Assembly: GCA_043228905.1 (NCBI GenBank)
Contig: JBHGNT010000003.1
Location: 8,928,001-8,992,000 of the forward strand
Direction of reading: 5' to 3'
Source: Azolla caroliniana
Lineage: Eukaryota > Plantae > Polypodiophyta
DNA: 64,000 nt
The notes below the pieces were generated by a model. The model was not told the origin of the DNA and did not search any database. It saw only the letters and a list, made by a program, of their open reading frames with translations. Shown here in pieces: positions 22,901-36,306 of this stretch; the stretch's first letter is position 1; each line of letters starts with the position of its first letter. A program made the position numbers and the translations under genes.

Positions 22901-25900
22901 GCCGGATTTGTCCGGTCACCAATTGTACACCGGTTCCATCCAGTTGCCGGTTCCATCCGGTTTTCAGTACTATCACCAACCTAAAATAGATGACAAATGA
23001 TCGTTCTCAATCTGCTTATATAGCTGGCTCCTAAAGTTTCCTATCTATGTGGGATACTTCAAAATTCTATTTTCCCTATATTCTCAAACTTCATGTCTAG
23101 CTAACTTGATATGTAGTTGTCCATTTTATATGTAGTAAAATGCGTTTTGAAGCTCTTGAGTACATCCATATTTCTATAACAAGCCACTAATCTAGTCTAA
23201 AATAATTATTTCATTATTATTTTTTTACATAGTGTGTGAAGATTCACACGATATTGGCCCCCACCAAACCTGCACATCCACCAGTATGTGCCAATTTTGG
23301 TGAGGCTTCACGAAATTTGATTACTATACTTTTTCGTCGATGCTCAAGACATAATCGTCAAAAGCTTCGAATCCAATTTCTATTCTATCTCTTCTCTTGA
23401 AGATCTTGATTCTTTTTTCGGTAATTGGCAAGGCATGTGGTGTACCATCTAGTTCTGCTAAATGATATGTTGCATTATCTTCCACTTTCTTCACCACATA
23501 TGGTCCAAACCACTGTTGTGAAAATTTTCGAGCCGTACTATGTTGGTTGTCTACGCTACTGTCATAGACCAACACCCAATCTCCTTCAACGATTTTCCTC
23601 GGATGAAGTCGATGTCATTTGTCGAAGTCTTTCTTGTTCTTCAACCTTGCATTCTTGAGCCGCTCTTTAGCCATATCTATATCTTCCAACTTCCGCTCCA
23701 ACTCTAGAATCCTCAATGCTAGAAGATTTTCTCTACTTATCTCATCTTGCCATGGCAATGCGAACCATGAAACAATACTTTGTTCTACCTGCATTATCCG
23801 CTTTTGTCCAAATATGAGCTCTGCCGGCATGTATCCCGTCACCGTGTTGTGAGTAGTCCTATCAGCCCATAGTGCAAATGGCAATAATAGCGGCCATTCT
23901 CCTATTTTCCCATGGCAAGCTTTCACTAGAGCCTTCACAATCGGTCCATGGCCACGTTCCACTTTCCCATTTGCTTCCGGATTATATGTCGTGGTAAGAG
24001 ACAATTTGATTCCCATCCTAGAGAAGAATTCTCTAGCTTCATTGGTGTCTAGCTCGCCTCTATCACCCACTATCTTGCTGACACATCCATATCTGCAAAT
24101 AACATCTTCAAGAAGGAATTTGCATACCAATGATGTCTCCTTAGTTCTCAATGCTCGCCCTTCAACTTGATTGGTAAGATCCTCTCTCGTGAGCGCAAGA
24201 TACTTCATTTGCCATCTCACCATTGGCATCATTACGATGTCCACCATCCACTTGTAATGCATAGCCAACGGGTAAGTTGGATGAAGTTCATCTTGATGGT
24301 GAATATTCGAAAACATCTGACATTCCTCACATGTTTCCACATAAGTTGCTACATCTTTGTAGATGCCCGACCACCAATATTTCTCCTTAAGCTTTGCAAA
24401 CGTAGCCCATATTCCTCGATGGCCTGCAAAAACATTATCATGAAATTCAGACATTCGTTTTTGTCGGTCTTCTAGCTTGTAGACAACTCTCATTGGAGTC
24501 CCATTCTTCTTTTTTGCATGCCTCCAAAGAGCTCCATCCTCAAGGAAATACTTGTATGCCTTTGTCCGAATTCGATGGAAGTCGTCCGTCAACCATGATT
24601 CATCTTTTTGGAGAGAACTCAAGTATTTCCCGGTCTCCACGAATTCGCCTTCGTAATCCTCTTCTATGAAAGTAGTCAGCACTCGAGTGTAGGAACTTGT
24701 AAAGAAATCCAAGCCAACATCCTCTTCATCAGAATGTCGATCTTCTTCTCCATCGTATCTCGCTCGTGATAGCATATCTGCAACGACATTACGCTTCCCA
24801 GCTACATGACGGATCTCCGGGTTGAGTGATTTGATATATGCAATCCAACGCAACATGGCAATATCTGGTGTATTACAACCACGTATCATACCCAAAATTG
24901 GTAGGCAATCTGTCTCAATTATGACTTATGCTCCAATAAGGTAATCACGATTAGATTAGATTGCCGAGACGATTCCCCATAGCTCCCTCTTCACTTGGGC
25001 ATACCTTCTTTGCCTATCACTTAACACTTTCGCACCAAATCGAATTGCATATCGGTTGCAATCTTCGTCTTCTTGGTTGATAACCCATCCAATTCCGATT
25101 GGACTAGTATCCACGGTCACGAAAATGGGCTTGCCGTATGAATAGTTCGCTTTCCGTAATGCATGTGCCTCTATCAATAATTTCTTCAGCCTTCAGATGG
25201 CGATTGTATGCTTGCTCATTGATTCGAACCTCCGCTTCTTCTTTAGTAGACCATATAATGGCTCAACAATGTGGGCGTAGTGTGGAATCCAATTATGATA
25301 AAACACACATGCTCCAAGGAACCTTCGAACCTCCGTTTGGGTTACGCATTCTTCTTTCATGTCTTGGATTGCATTCACCTTGGTTGGCGAAGGCTTCTGA
25401 CCATATGCTCCACACAAGTGACCTACCACCAAGATCTCCGGTTGCCCGAATGAGGATTTTTCTCCCGAAAATGTCAAATTCGCATCTTCGAGCCTTTGGA
25501 GCACCTTCTTGCAATCTTTCATATGATCCATGACGAACTTTCTACATCCATCCTTATCTTTTGATTCATCCTTCTCTTCATCCGAATATCCTTTTATCAG
25601 AATATCATCCAAGAATGGCATCGTGATATCTAGGATGCAATCCTTCAAGACCTTGTTCATGGCATTCACTATATGAGCCACCAAATTCGTCGCACCTTGA
25701 GGTAAGGTACACATTCGCACCAACCTGATAGGAGTTCTCATGGTTGTAATGTCACGACTATCGACCGCTAACTGGAATTGATCGTAGCCAGAGTAGAGAT
25801 CACCAATGGAGTAGATGGACCGGCCCGCAAACGCCTCGGCAAATTCATCCACACTCGGACCAATTCCAGCATTCCGAATTGTCACCTTGTTGATAGGTTG

Positions 25901-26717
25901 AAGATCTTGAATGAATCGCAACGATCCATTCTTCTATTAGAATAAGGAACCATCTATTAGAATAAGGAGTGTTCGACGGTTCCAAAATTCCCATCCTCAT
26001 CTTCTCCTTTAAGAGCTCGATCGGCTTCGGTAGGTGTGCTCTCGGAACCGGTATCGGTTTCAAATTCCAAGGCACATGCGGCACCGTGAAGATCACCATC
26101 GGTTCTACCATCCTTGGATTAGCACATCCGATTACTTGTGGGAAAAATGTGAAAGCCTTCCCATGTCTTTCAAGCATTCCGCGGAACATTTGCTCCTCTT
26201 CAGGAAGGAGGAAATCCTCCCCTCTAACTCGTAGATTTCCCTTCGTCTCTTCAGTGAAGACATGACCAATTGTATTTGGGTTCCTTAAGTTTGGATCTTT
26301 TGCAACTTTCTTCATCTTTTGCCAGTTATCTTCCGGTAGTGGTACTGCAACTGGCTTGACCTTCCTATCCACAGTTTTATATTTTGTGTTGACTTTGGCT
26401 TCCTCTATCAAGATGCCTCGATGATATTCATCGATGATAGCGTACATGTTGATGGAGTTAACCGAAATCACCTGTTGATGGTGAGGATAGCTCAAGTCCA
26501 CGACTTCCTCGATTTCGCCGATGGTGTCGTTAAATGAGGCTTCCTCCAGAATATAAGACACGAATTCTTCTTCTTCGATTATGCTTTCTTCTTTAAGCAC
26601 CTCCTCGAAGTCTTGTATCTGACACTTTTCCTTCTTGTTGAGTAGTCTTAGTTTGTATTCACCGCTAGGTGTGACGCATGTTGCTTCTCCTTGCAATCCA
26701 CACACTCTGCTTCCTTG

Positions 26718-26780
26718 TGGGGACTTATGATTGCTCGAACTATTTGTGCCCCATGCTTCAATAGTCCGCTTTAAAAATCC
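26718..26780 (-). promoter_or_regulatory. Putative -1 ribosomal frameshift cassette (slippery G GAU UUU + H-type pseudoknot)
   Basis: Heptamer 26780-26774 sits directly before the gag-PR stop UAA. Stem 1 CGGACUAUU/AAUAGUUCG, stem 2 UGGGG/CCCCA. The -1 frame is open into the pol ORF 25845-26705. Confidence 0.75.
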
Positions 26781-28983
26781 CAGGATTCGCCTCCAAGGCT
26801 ATCTTGGTTCCTTTCGTGATTAGCTCGCACTGTTAGGAATTGAACAAATCTTTTACTATCAAGACTCTTGATGTTCGCGAAGGCTGCTCCGTTATCGAAC
26901 ACCTTGGTCTCCATCCGGGACGATGTTATATATGGTTGTCCTAGGATGACATGATGTGAAGCCGAGTCTTGCACGAAGATGTGTTGATCAATCTCCATAT
27001 CCCCGATCGTAACTTTAACGTTGGGACAAGCTCCGTACAAGTCCTCCGTAGCCTTCATCGCCACTCGAATCTTCCATCCGTGGTTTGTATTAATAAATCA
27101 TCTTCCTTTATTGTAGAACTCGGTCGACATGAGGTTGATCTCCGAGCCATGGTCAATCAAGGCTACCACGGTTTCTTTCTTCTCCCCGATCTTCACCGGC
27201 GTCTCCGTTGTCGCTCTTGCCCAATGAGGTCGAGAGTAATGGCTATCTGCCATCACTTCTTCTTCTTCCTCCTCTTCCGATCTTGCCATGGTTATGGCAC
27301 TTGTTTTCACCTCCTCTTCATCAGATTGTTGCCGCTTCCTTTTAATATGGTCCACGATAGTATCATGGAACTCTTTCGCGATCCCAAGCAGTTCTCTCAA
27401 AGTAAGGTCGACATGACTGTCTAAAACCTTCTCCTCAAGGACCTTCTGTAAGTCAGTTGTTTGTTCTATGTCCGATCTTAGCTTGTAAGTCGGTGCCGCT
27501 CATTCTTTTCCTTTCTTCGTTGATTCTTTGACTTCCATCCGAGCAGGTTGGCTCAATCCATCGGGCTTCATGCTTGTTTCTCCAACCTCTTTTTGTGGCG
27601 TAGGTGGGACTTGCCCTTCTTTCCCTTTGTTCCTCGTGTTGGGACGCTTTGATGTGCCATCTTCTTCACTGGTTCTTTTCATCTTCTCTTCGACAAGAGC
27701 TTCATAGTTGTCGCACACTACCTCCGCAAAGCTTGTGTTTTCGTCGACTAGATCTGACCATCCGGTAACTCGTCGCACATTCCAATCAACATGTTTTAGA
27801 TCTTCCGAATCAATTTTGCCTTTTTTCTTGCACTCGAAGACCGTCGGCCAAAACCTAGCTTTTGGCTTGATCGTCTTTAGATTCTCTTTTCCAACTCGTA
27901 TCCCGGCCGATGCGGCATAGTGCATAGCTTCCACATGCCTTGCATCTTCCTCTTCTACAATCTTTTTCAGCCCGCCTCTTCCGAAGTTCACTCGTAGTGG
28001 CTTCCGAGTCTCGCTCGAGTGGATCATGTTTCCATCCAAATAGACGACATTCTTGCGAATCGCGTCTTGCAAGTCAACGCATTCCCTTCGTGAGTGCTCG
28101 AAGTTGTCGCACCACACACATCTATACGCTTCTTTTCCCTTGGGCCCGCGTCGACCTAAGTTGGCCAACGATACCGCTTCAAATTTCTTGGAGAGCTCTT
28201 CGATTATAGAATCCTCCATCGCTTTCTTGTCGAAATTGTTGATCGGCTTGTTAGGCTCGACCGTCACAGGTGCTTTCCTCCTCCATGTTTGCAGATTCTC
28301 CATATCAGTTTCCTCTTGCCATTGTCGACACTTATCAAGACGGATACAAGCCTTTTTCACCGCCGTCCAGTCCGCTACCAAGCCATTTGGTTGTATTTCT
28401 TCCTCCAAAAAACCGCCCAATTCTCGCCGGTCTTTTGTATCCACCGCCTTCAGGAATAGCAAGACTTTATCTCCATCGAGAACTCGTTGATCAGCACTTG
28501 GAAGTCGGTTCTACTTCTGGTTGAATTCCGTATATACTCTCGATGCACACAGATTCTTTCCTTTCTTCTCGATCCAAATCATTAGTGTATGTCGAGTCAT
28601 CTATGATGCGTCTTCAAGCATGTATTCAGCAAGAAGCACCTTCTCGAACTCCGCCCAAGTTGCGTGCTCGTTTTGGATCTCTATGACACGCTCGTGGATT
28701 CCTGGTTCCACCACATGCTTGAAACTAGAAATTTGTTTCAAACCATGGACATCCCTTTGTTGCATCTCATTCCGATAGGTAGCAAGGAAATCCGTAATAT
28801 TCTTGCCACCAAATCGTCCAGATATCTCCACCGTTCAATCAACAACTTTGTTGATTAAAGCCTCTTGATCTCTCGCCTTCAGCATGTATTCCACAACGGA
28901 CACCATGCCTTTCGTTAATTCCTCTCCTTGAGTTCCACTTGTCGAAGCCATCGTCACACTTGATATTCTCCTGCCACCTCGCT

Positions 28984-29000
28984 TCACGTAGGGTTCACCA
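28984..29000 (-). other. Primer-binding site complementary to tRNA-Trp
   Basis: Minus strand TGGTGAACCCTACGTGA versus the plant tRNA-Trp 3' end complement TGGTGAACCCGACGTGA (recalled; one mismatch). Confidence 0.75.
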
Positions 29001-32000
29001 AAGATGTCACGAAAATACGACGAGGACATGTGAACTTATGGCAAGACCCCGGGGTCTCCAACCGGAGGATATTAGATTCGTATATTTATATTAAAGAAAT
29101 AATGCAAAATGAGAAAAATCCACAAATTTCATTTATAAAGGGAAAGAAAGATTACAATCAATCCCAAGATTGGGATTACAAAAGTTTTAGCTTATGGAGA
29201 TTACTAGAGTAATAGATTAGAAGAAACTAAGATACAGATTCGATAGGAAAATTAGGTTTTTCGGCTTTGATAAGAGATTATGGTTTATGAATGATATATT
29301 CGTTGAGAAAATTAGGTTTTTTTTTTTAGCTTCGATAAGAAATTAGGGTTTTTGAGTTGAATGGCTTCCGTAGGGAAATTAAGGGTTCTTGAGTGTTATG
29401 GCTTTCGTAGGGAAAATTAGGGTTTTTTGAGTGTTATGGCTCCGTGAGATAAGGGAGGTAAGAAGGAAAAGAAAATAAAAATGGAGAGAGAATGAGTGTA
29501 GGGAAAAAAAATGGAATATATATGGAGTTCTCCGTTGATCATAGCCTTCAATGTTACTTTGCATGCCCACTTTTAGTTGCATGGCTTTTTCTTTTAGTTG
29601 CATGCGACCGTCTACATGGCCTTTACTTTACTTTTAATTTGCCGCATGATCCAATAATCCGTAAAGTTTAGCCCATGCTTTGATCTGTCTGGTTCGCGTC
29701 CATCTAGTCCGGTTCCGGTTCTGTCACCGTCTAGTTCCGGTTCGATCGCCGGTTCCATTTGGTTGTCGGATCCGTCCGGTTCTGGTTCGATCACCGGTTC
29801 GATCCGGTTGCCGGCTCCGTCCAGTCACCAGATCCGTCTGGTTGCCGGCTTCGTCCGATTTCCAATTGCTGGATCCGCCCAGTTGCCAGATGCTGGATTC
29901 GTCTTGTCGCCGGCTCCGTCTGGTTTCCGGTTGCAGAATTTGCCCGGTCACTAGTTGTACACCGATTCCATCCAGTTGCCGGTTCCATCCGGTTTTCGGT
30001 ACTATCACCAACCAGTTTGACTTCCTTCACCTCTTGGTTTGAGTTCCATCACCGGCCAGTTCGAGCAACTTAGCCACATCTATCCTTCTAGACAAAAGTG
30101 GCCCAAGCTCAACTATTTCTTTTGTGCTCTTAACACATAGATGAAAAATGATCGTTCTTAATCTGCTTATATAGCTGGCTCCTAAAGTTTCCTATCTATG
30201 TGGGATACTTCAAAATTCTATTTTCCCTATCTTCTCAAACTTCATGTCTAGCTAACTTGATATGTAGTTGTCCATTTTATATGTAGTAAAATGCGTTTTG
30301 AAGCTCTTGAGTACATCCATATTTCTATAACAAGCCACTAATCTAATCTAAAATAATTATTTCATTATTATTATTTTATATAGTGTGTTAAGATTCACAT
30401 GACACCGGTAGGCCAGAGGTCTACGGTCTTAGCCCAGTACGTAGGCATATTTATTGGAGTTAGTGTTAATCGCTCATTCAAGCATTGAAGTACATGTAAG
30501 TACTTCTATTAGTCTTTCTGAGGACTTGTATAAAAGTGCTCTTTGAGCACATTGTATGTATAGAGTCTTTGAGTATTTTGAATTTGAGTTTTATTGTTCT
30601 ACTCTCTCTGTCTCTCATGTGTACTCTCTGTGTGTGATTGAAGGTTCCATTAAACATGTGTATATTTTTTTGTTGCTATCCGGTGAAGCCGGTTTCATCT
30701 ACGAGCTTCCGCATGTAATTCTTCACATGGTATCAGAGCGCGAGGGTTGAGAACCTTAGCTGCCGACACACGATTTTGATAGACGAACCCTAACTTTTGG
30801 AAAAAGAACAGCCTGAAGAAAGAATGGATAGAGGGATGGCAAGCTCGCTTCCGAGTGAGAAGGTCGACAAGAACAACTATGCATATTGGTTGTGCAAGAT
30901 GCACCAGTACTTACTGAGGCACAGTTACTGGAGTTATGTCGAGGGAGCAAATGAAGTAGCACCGGAGCCGACACATAAGGACTTCCTTGCATGGGAGCAA
31001 AGAGCGAGTAGAGTGTTGTACTGCCTCACGTCCTGTGTGCATGTCTAGATGCTCGGCTACATCAGGGATGCAAAAACGCCAAAGGAGGCTTGGGAAAATC
31101 TCAAAACAATTTTCTCCGCCAATACCACATTCCGTAAGTTGCAGCTCTGGCAAGAGCTCAACAACATCTGGTAGAAAGACATGTCAGTTATGGACTATAC
31201 CACCAAGATAAAGGGGATCTGTAATGCGCTTGGGTCCATCATTGTGACGGTGGATGAAGACAACATGGTGCAGATTTGCCTCGGTCATCTAGCACAGAGG
31301 TACGGGTCAATCCAGACAACGATTTGCACCTAGGAGAAGTCACCGTCCTTCTTCGACCTGTAATTGATGTTGATGGTCGAAGAAACCACGCAAATGGGTT
31401 GAGGACCACTCAATCAGACAGTCAGATGTTGTACACAAAGGCGGAACGGCCCCATGGGCGTGGAGGATGAGGTAGGTCGGCACACAAAAACGATGACCGG
31501 CAAGAGCAGAACTAGAGGCACAAAGATAGTGTTGATAGTAGTTTTGGACCCTCCACAAGCGGGGGGAATCAATGCGACGCTAGGAACCAGAAATCGAAGG
31601 CCGATATGGAATGTTGGTATTGTGGCAAGAAAGGCCATCAGGAGAGCAACTGGTGGAAGAAGCAAGACGAATCAAACAAATCTGGATCCAGCAAGACCGA
31701 ACAAGGGAGTCGGCAAAGCTCACATTACGCCAAAGGATCAAAAGGATTCGGGACTGGAAAGACTGGAAAAGGGCCAGTCTTTATGATGAAACACAAGGCG
31801 AACTCGATGAAGAAGATCACTTCCGGATCAGAGGAAGTGTGATACATTGACTTTGGAGCATCAAACCACATGACGAGCCACGAAGAGTGGTTCTCATATT
31901 TGGAAAAACCGGAGCAATCGGGAGTTGTCGAAATTGGAGACGACACTCCTCACCCGATCGAGCATGTCGAACAAAAAGGAAAGCTAATGAATGTATTACA

Positions 32001-35000
32001 TGTTTTGACAATTACGAAGAACCCGGTGTCGGTCGGACAGATCATCGACCAAGGGATGCAAGTGCAGTTTACGCATCTCGGGTGCTTTATCGAGGATGAG
32101 GGCCAAATCATTGCGCAAGGGTGTCGGGACAGGAGGATGTTCATCCTCGACATTAATGATGTCGGCATTGCTCTATTCGCCAAAGGACAAAAAGTCGAGT
32201 CGGACATCGACCTATGGCACAAGTGAATAGGCCACGTCAACTACCATAGGCTTCAAGATCTGCAATCGAAATAGGTGGTTTTCGGATTGCCCAAATTTGT
32301 GAAGCCTACCACCTTGGGAAGCAACACCGGCTTCCGTTGCCCACTGAAAAGAAACCGGAGCCGTAACAAGCTCAACTTGATACATTCGGATGTATGGGGA
32401 CCAACACAGAACGTTAGTCTTGGCGGGAGCCGATATTTCGTCTCCTTCATTGACGACTACAGTCGGCACACGTGGATCTATCTCATTGAGAAGAAAAGTG
32501 AAGTCTTTGACTGTTTCCAGAACCTACAAAGCCTTGTTGAACGGGAAATAGAGAGAAAGATCAAGTGCATGCGGTCGAATGGTGGGAAAGAGTACTTTTC
32601 TGGCCAATTCAATAGCTATCTGCAACAATTGGGAATTCAGAGAGAATTTAGTTGTAGATATACGCTGGAACAAAACCGTGTGGTTGAGAGGAAGAACCGG
32701 TCGATTGTGGAAGCAGCAAGGGCAATGCTTGAGGAGAGAATCATGCCCAAGTTCTATTGGGCTGAGGCGGTCTGGATAGTCGTCTACATCCAAAACCGGA
32801 TCAGGGAGAAGGTGTTAGCACACGAGTTGTATTTTGGGCGGAAGCCCAATTTAAGGCACCTTAGGGTATTTGGTAGCATAGCCTATGTGCATGTGCCGAA
32901 TGAGAAGTGGAGAAAGGTGGACCTAAAGTCGGAGAAGTGCACACTAGTCGGCTACTCACATGAGAAAAAGGGGTACAAGTGTTACAATCCCTGGACAAAG
33001 GAAGTCTGAGTGAGCCGATATGTTGAATTCGACGAGTCAACATCATGGTACTCCTTACCGATGCCGACGCTGACACCCGACCACCCGATTCTGGAAGATG
33101 AGGCTAGTGAGCCCGAAATGATCCAGGCAGAAGAAGAAGAAGAAGATATCGATACTCTAGACGAGAGTCCGATCTCATTTCGGCTGAGTGGGCCGAATGA
33201 GCGACTGAGTCGGAACGACTAGTCGGATGACTAGCCAGAGAGTAGTGGAGACTCAGCCCTGCTCTCCCCATGCAAGGAACCAAGGAGACGGTTCACTCGC
33301 AAGGATAAAGGGAAGAAGAAGATGCCAAAATACGACACCGACAGAGACCAGTCGGATTGGAGCGAATCCGACTCTGGAAAGAATGAGGATGACCCTTCGG
33401 AGACGAAGTTTGAATTGGCCAAAAGGGCCCTTCAATCGGTTAATGAGAAGTTATGCCTATCAACCTGCCAGAAGAACAAGGTAAAATGGTATGGGTATAA
33501 TGAGTACATGGTGCATCATTATGCGTACATGGCGAAAGTGGCAGAAGTGCGTGAGCCAGAGTGCTACACAGAAGCTGCGAAAGATGCGAACTAACGTGCT
33601 GCAATGGAGGAAGAAATGTGGGCACTCGATGCCAACGACACATGGGATGTGATTGACCCTCCCCGACATTGCAAACCGATCGGTTGCAAGTGGGTGTACA
33701 AGGAAAAGTATAATGCCGACTGGTGTCCACTCCCATGGACCGGAACCTGAAGCTTTTCCCAATTCCGGACTAGCTTGCAATGAGAAATGCCAACTTTGGT
33801 AATGTTCGGACGGATTGACCGGTTGCCGACATCTTCACCAAGGCATTAGGAATAGACAAGTTTCATTAGGATATGCTACACCTAAGGGGATGAATCGGAA
33901 CAAAAACTGAGAAACAAGTAAGCAGGGACAAGCAGCCGGAGAGAAAGAAACCGAAACAAGGGGAGACAAGGATGAAAATGGAGCTGAGTCGACTAAAGAA
34001 ATCGACACATCCGATAAATTCAGAACAAGTGGCGACGACGGTAGAGTCAAGAAGGACAAAGCCGACCGAAAGAAGAAGGTCAAGACATGGACGTGGTCCG
34101 ATGTTGTGAAGGGCCTGAAGACTGAGAACGAATCGGAGACAACCGATTCGATCAAGATGGTTGATTCAGATGAACCGGATCAGTTGAAGGCCATGCGGAC
34201 AAAAAGGCAGCGGAAATCGACACCAACATGGAGGAACCGATGGGTCGAGAAGCGCCGAAGTCGTAGTAGCGAAGGAGCTGAGATGGGCCTGTTGAGCAGA
34301 CAAGCTGACCGAGAAGGTCAAGAGGCGCGGAACCGGAGGGGTCATGGGAAGCGGAATCTGACGGGTCTAGGAGCACGAGCAAGGCGAGAAGACGCTGATT
34401 GCAAGGTTCAACAGACACAAACACAACAATCCGACCTCAAGTTGAGCTGGAGGGGGAGTGTTGAGCGAACAAGCACAATTGGATCTGGATCGGCTGAATA
34501 AGCTAGAGCCGGATTGGTATTCGGAACAGAGAACCGGATCAGTATCCGGAACCAAGAGCCGGATCGGATTGTAACCAGTAGGCCGTTAGAGGCCTACGGT
34601 CTTAGCATAGTATGTAGGCATATTTCTTGGAGTTAGTGTCCCTCACTCATTCGAACATTGAAGTACATGTCAGTACTTTTGTCAGTTCTTCTAAGTACTT
34701 GTATAAAAGTGCGCTCTGAGCGCATTGTATGTATAGAGTCTTTGAGTATTTTGAATTTGAGTTTTGTTCTGATCTCTCTATCTCTCCCGTGTACTCTATG
34801 TGTGTGATTGAAGGTTCCATTAAACATGTATATATTCTTCTGTTGCTATCTGGTGAAGCCAGTTTTGTCTACAAGCTTCTGCACATAATTCTTTACAAAG
34901 GTGAAGACTAGAGAAGTCGAAAGTGCACCCAGATATAAAGCCCACATTGTGGTGAAGGGGTTTCAACAGAAAAAGGGTGTTGACTTCAACGAGATATTCG

Positions 35001-35159
35001 CACCAATCGTAAAGATGACATCAATCATAGCTGTTCTGAGCATAGTTGCCAGTATGGATCTGGAGATCGAACAATTTGATGTTAAGACAACATTCTTGCA
35101 TGGGGAGCTGGATGAAGAGATCTACAATGCATCAAGCAGTATCACTTTCTCAACAAACA

Positions 35160-35320
35160 TTTTTCTTGAACCTCCTACATAGCCCATGAACCATTGCACT
35201 TGCTTTTCTTTGGTTAGGGGTGGCATATACAATATGAGTTTACCCTTTGTTTCACTAGTGGAAATTCCATCTTTTGTCACAATTTGTCCTAGTATTAAGC
35301 CATGCCTAACCCAACATTAG
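35160..35320 (-). mobile_element. Degenerate gypsy RT fragment
   Basis: Minus strand reads VRHGLILGQIVTKDGIST...PPLTKEKQVQWFMGYVG, like the gypsy RT C-terminus. Confidence 0.6.
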
Positions 35321-36149
35321 TATTATAGTGGGTTTTGGGAGAGTTGATACCGTGCTTTTTTTTTTCTTGAAAGATTTTCTTCAATAGTATTAAGAAATGT
35401 TTAAAGGCTACAACTTGAAGTTATCTACCTAGAGGCTTACAATGTAGAATAAAAGACATTGTATGTACTGGTTTTCTTATAAAGGGGTGTTGAAACTTGA
35501 TGCGGTACATTGCCATGGTGTGTTGATATTCAAGAAAGGGTCCATGATTTTTTTCAAAAATCCCTCTCACAAAAGTGAGGTTTTCATCCTAGGTTCAATT
35601 GCAACAAAGGTTGTCGACATAGGATTCTACAACTTTTCGTAAAGTCAAAGGAGAAGATGTGGCCAACCCCTCTCTAGTGCGGAGAAATAATTTTCAACAA
35701 CTTCATCAATCACAAGAATTGAAAAATAAAATAATCAATAAGGGAAATTTAACGCCTAACCATGGGCAACCTCAAACCTTATATTTATGAAATTCATGAA
35801 AGAGGAGATTTTGACTCTAAGGAAAGTGAAAGAGGTTATGCATGACGAAAAGGCAGTTTCCTACGTTGGCATGCCAGAGGCGATATAATACACAAGGATT
35901 GCCTCTGTGGGGAACACACTTCAAATTAGTTACGCTTTTGAGGCCTCCCCAATTTTCAATACAAACAATACATCAATCCCATAACAAATTGGTGATAAGT
36001 TTCATGAAGGAATGGGAAACAAAGAACTACTAGATTGTGTTCTTGGTGAAAGCTTATCAAGAACATAGAGTAGGGACAAAGTTGGATGAGAAAATGGAAA
36101 CTTGCGGTACATTTTCAGAACAAATTTGTGGCATAAAAGTTGCAAAAGA

Positions 36150-36223
36150 TTGTATATATGTATTATGTATACATATACATGTACATCTACATATTGATAT
36201 ACATATACAAATACATATACTGT

Positions 36224-36254
<31 letters not shown>

Positions 36255-36306
36255 ATGTACATACATTATTACATATACATAATGATATACATATACTGTA
36301 TACATA
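36150..36306. repeat. TA/CA low-complexity microsatellite
   Basis: (TACATA)n-like run. Confidence 0.9.

Larger units (their letters stand above)
22154..30404 (-). mobile_element. Ty3/gypsy non-chromovirus element 'C', full length, decayed
   Basis: LTRs 22154-23253 and 29005-30404; TSD CCGG (22150-22153, 30405-30408); gag (CVWC..H....C), PR (LIDHGSE), RT (LPQGATN, PFLDD), RNase H (VTVDTS), IN (GPY motif) in gypsy order. Confidence 0.95.
22059..34897 (+). mobile_element. Copia element 'D' (same family as B); 5' LTR split by gypsy C; most of RT/RNase H deleted
   Basis: 5' LTR 22059-22153 + 30409-30727; PBS TGGTATCAGAGC 30728-30739; gag with zinc knuckle CWYCGKKGH; PR; integrase 32275-33009; PPT 34449-34458; 3' LTR 34459-34897. 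Confidence 0.92.
15161..35126 (+). mobile_element. Composite copia remnant 'A' hosting nested insertions: 5' LTR 15161-15494 + 19915-19971, PBS 19972-19981, gag/PR ~20070-21010, Tnt1-like IN/RT ~21015-22053 and 34898-35126
   Basis: LTR starts TGTTG and ends TTTACA before TGGTATCAGA. The RT reading ELPKGKRALMN (22050) resumes as KVKTREVESAPRYKAHIVVKGFQQKKG after 34897. Confidence 0.8.

Noticed and set aside
29680-30073. Overlapping ORFs in several frames
   Set aside because: GC-rich LTR repeat array lacking stop codons
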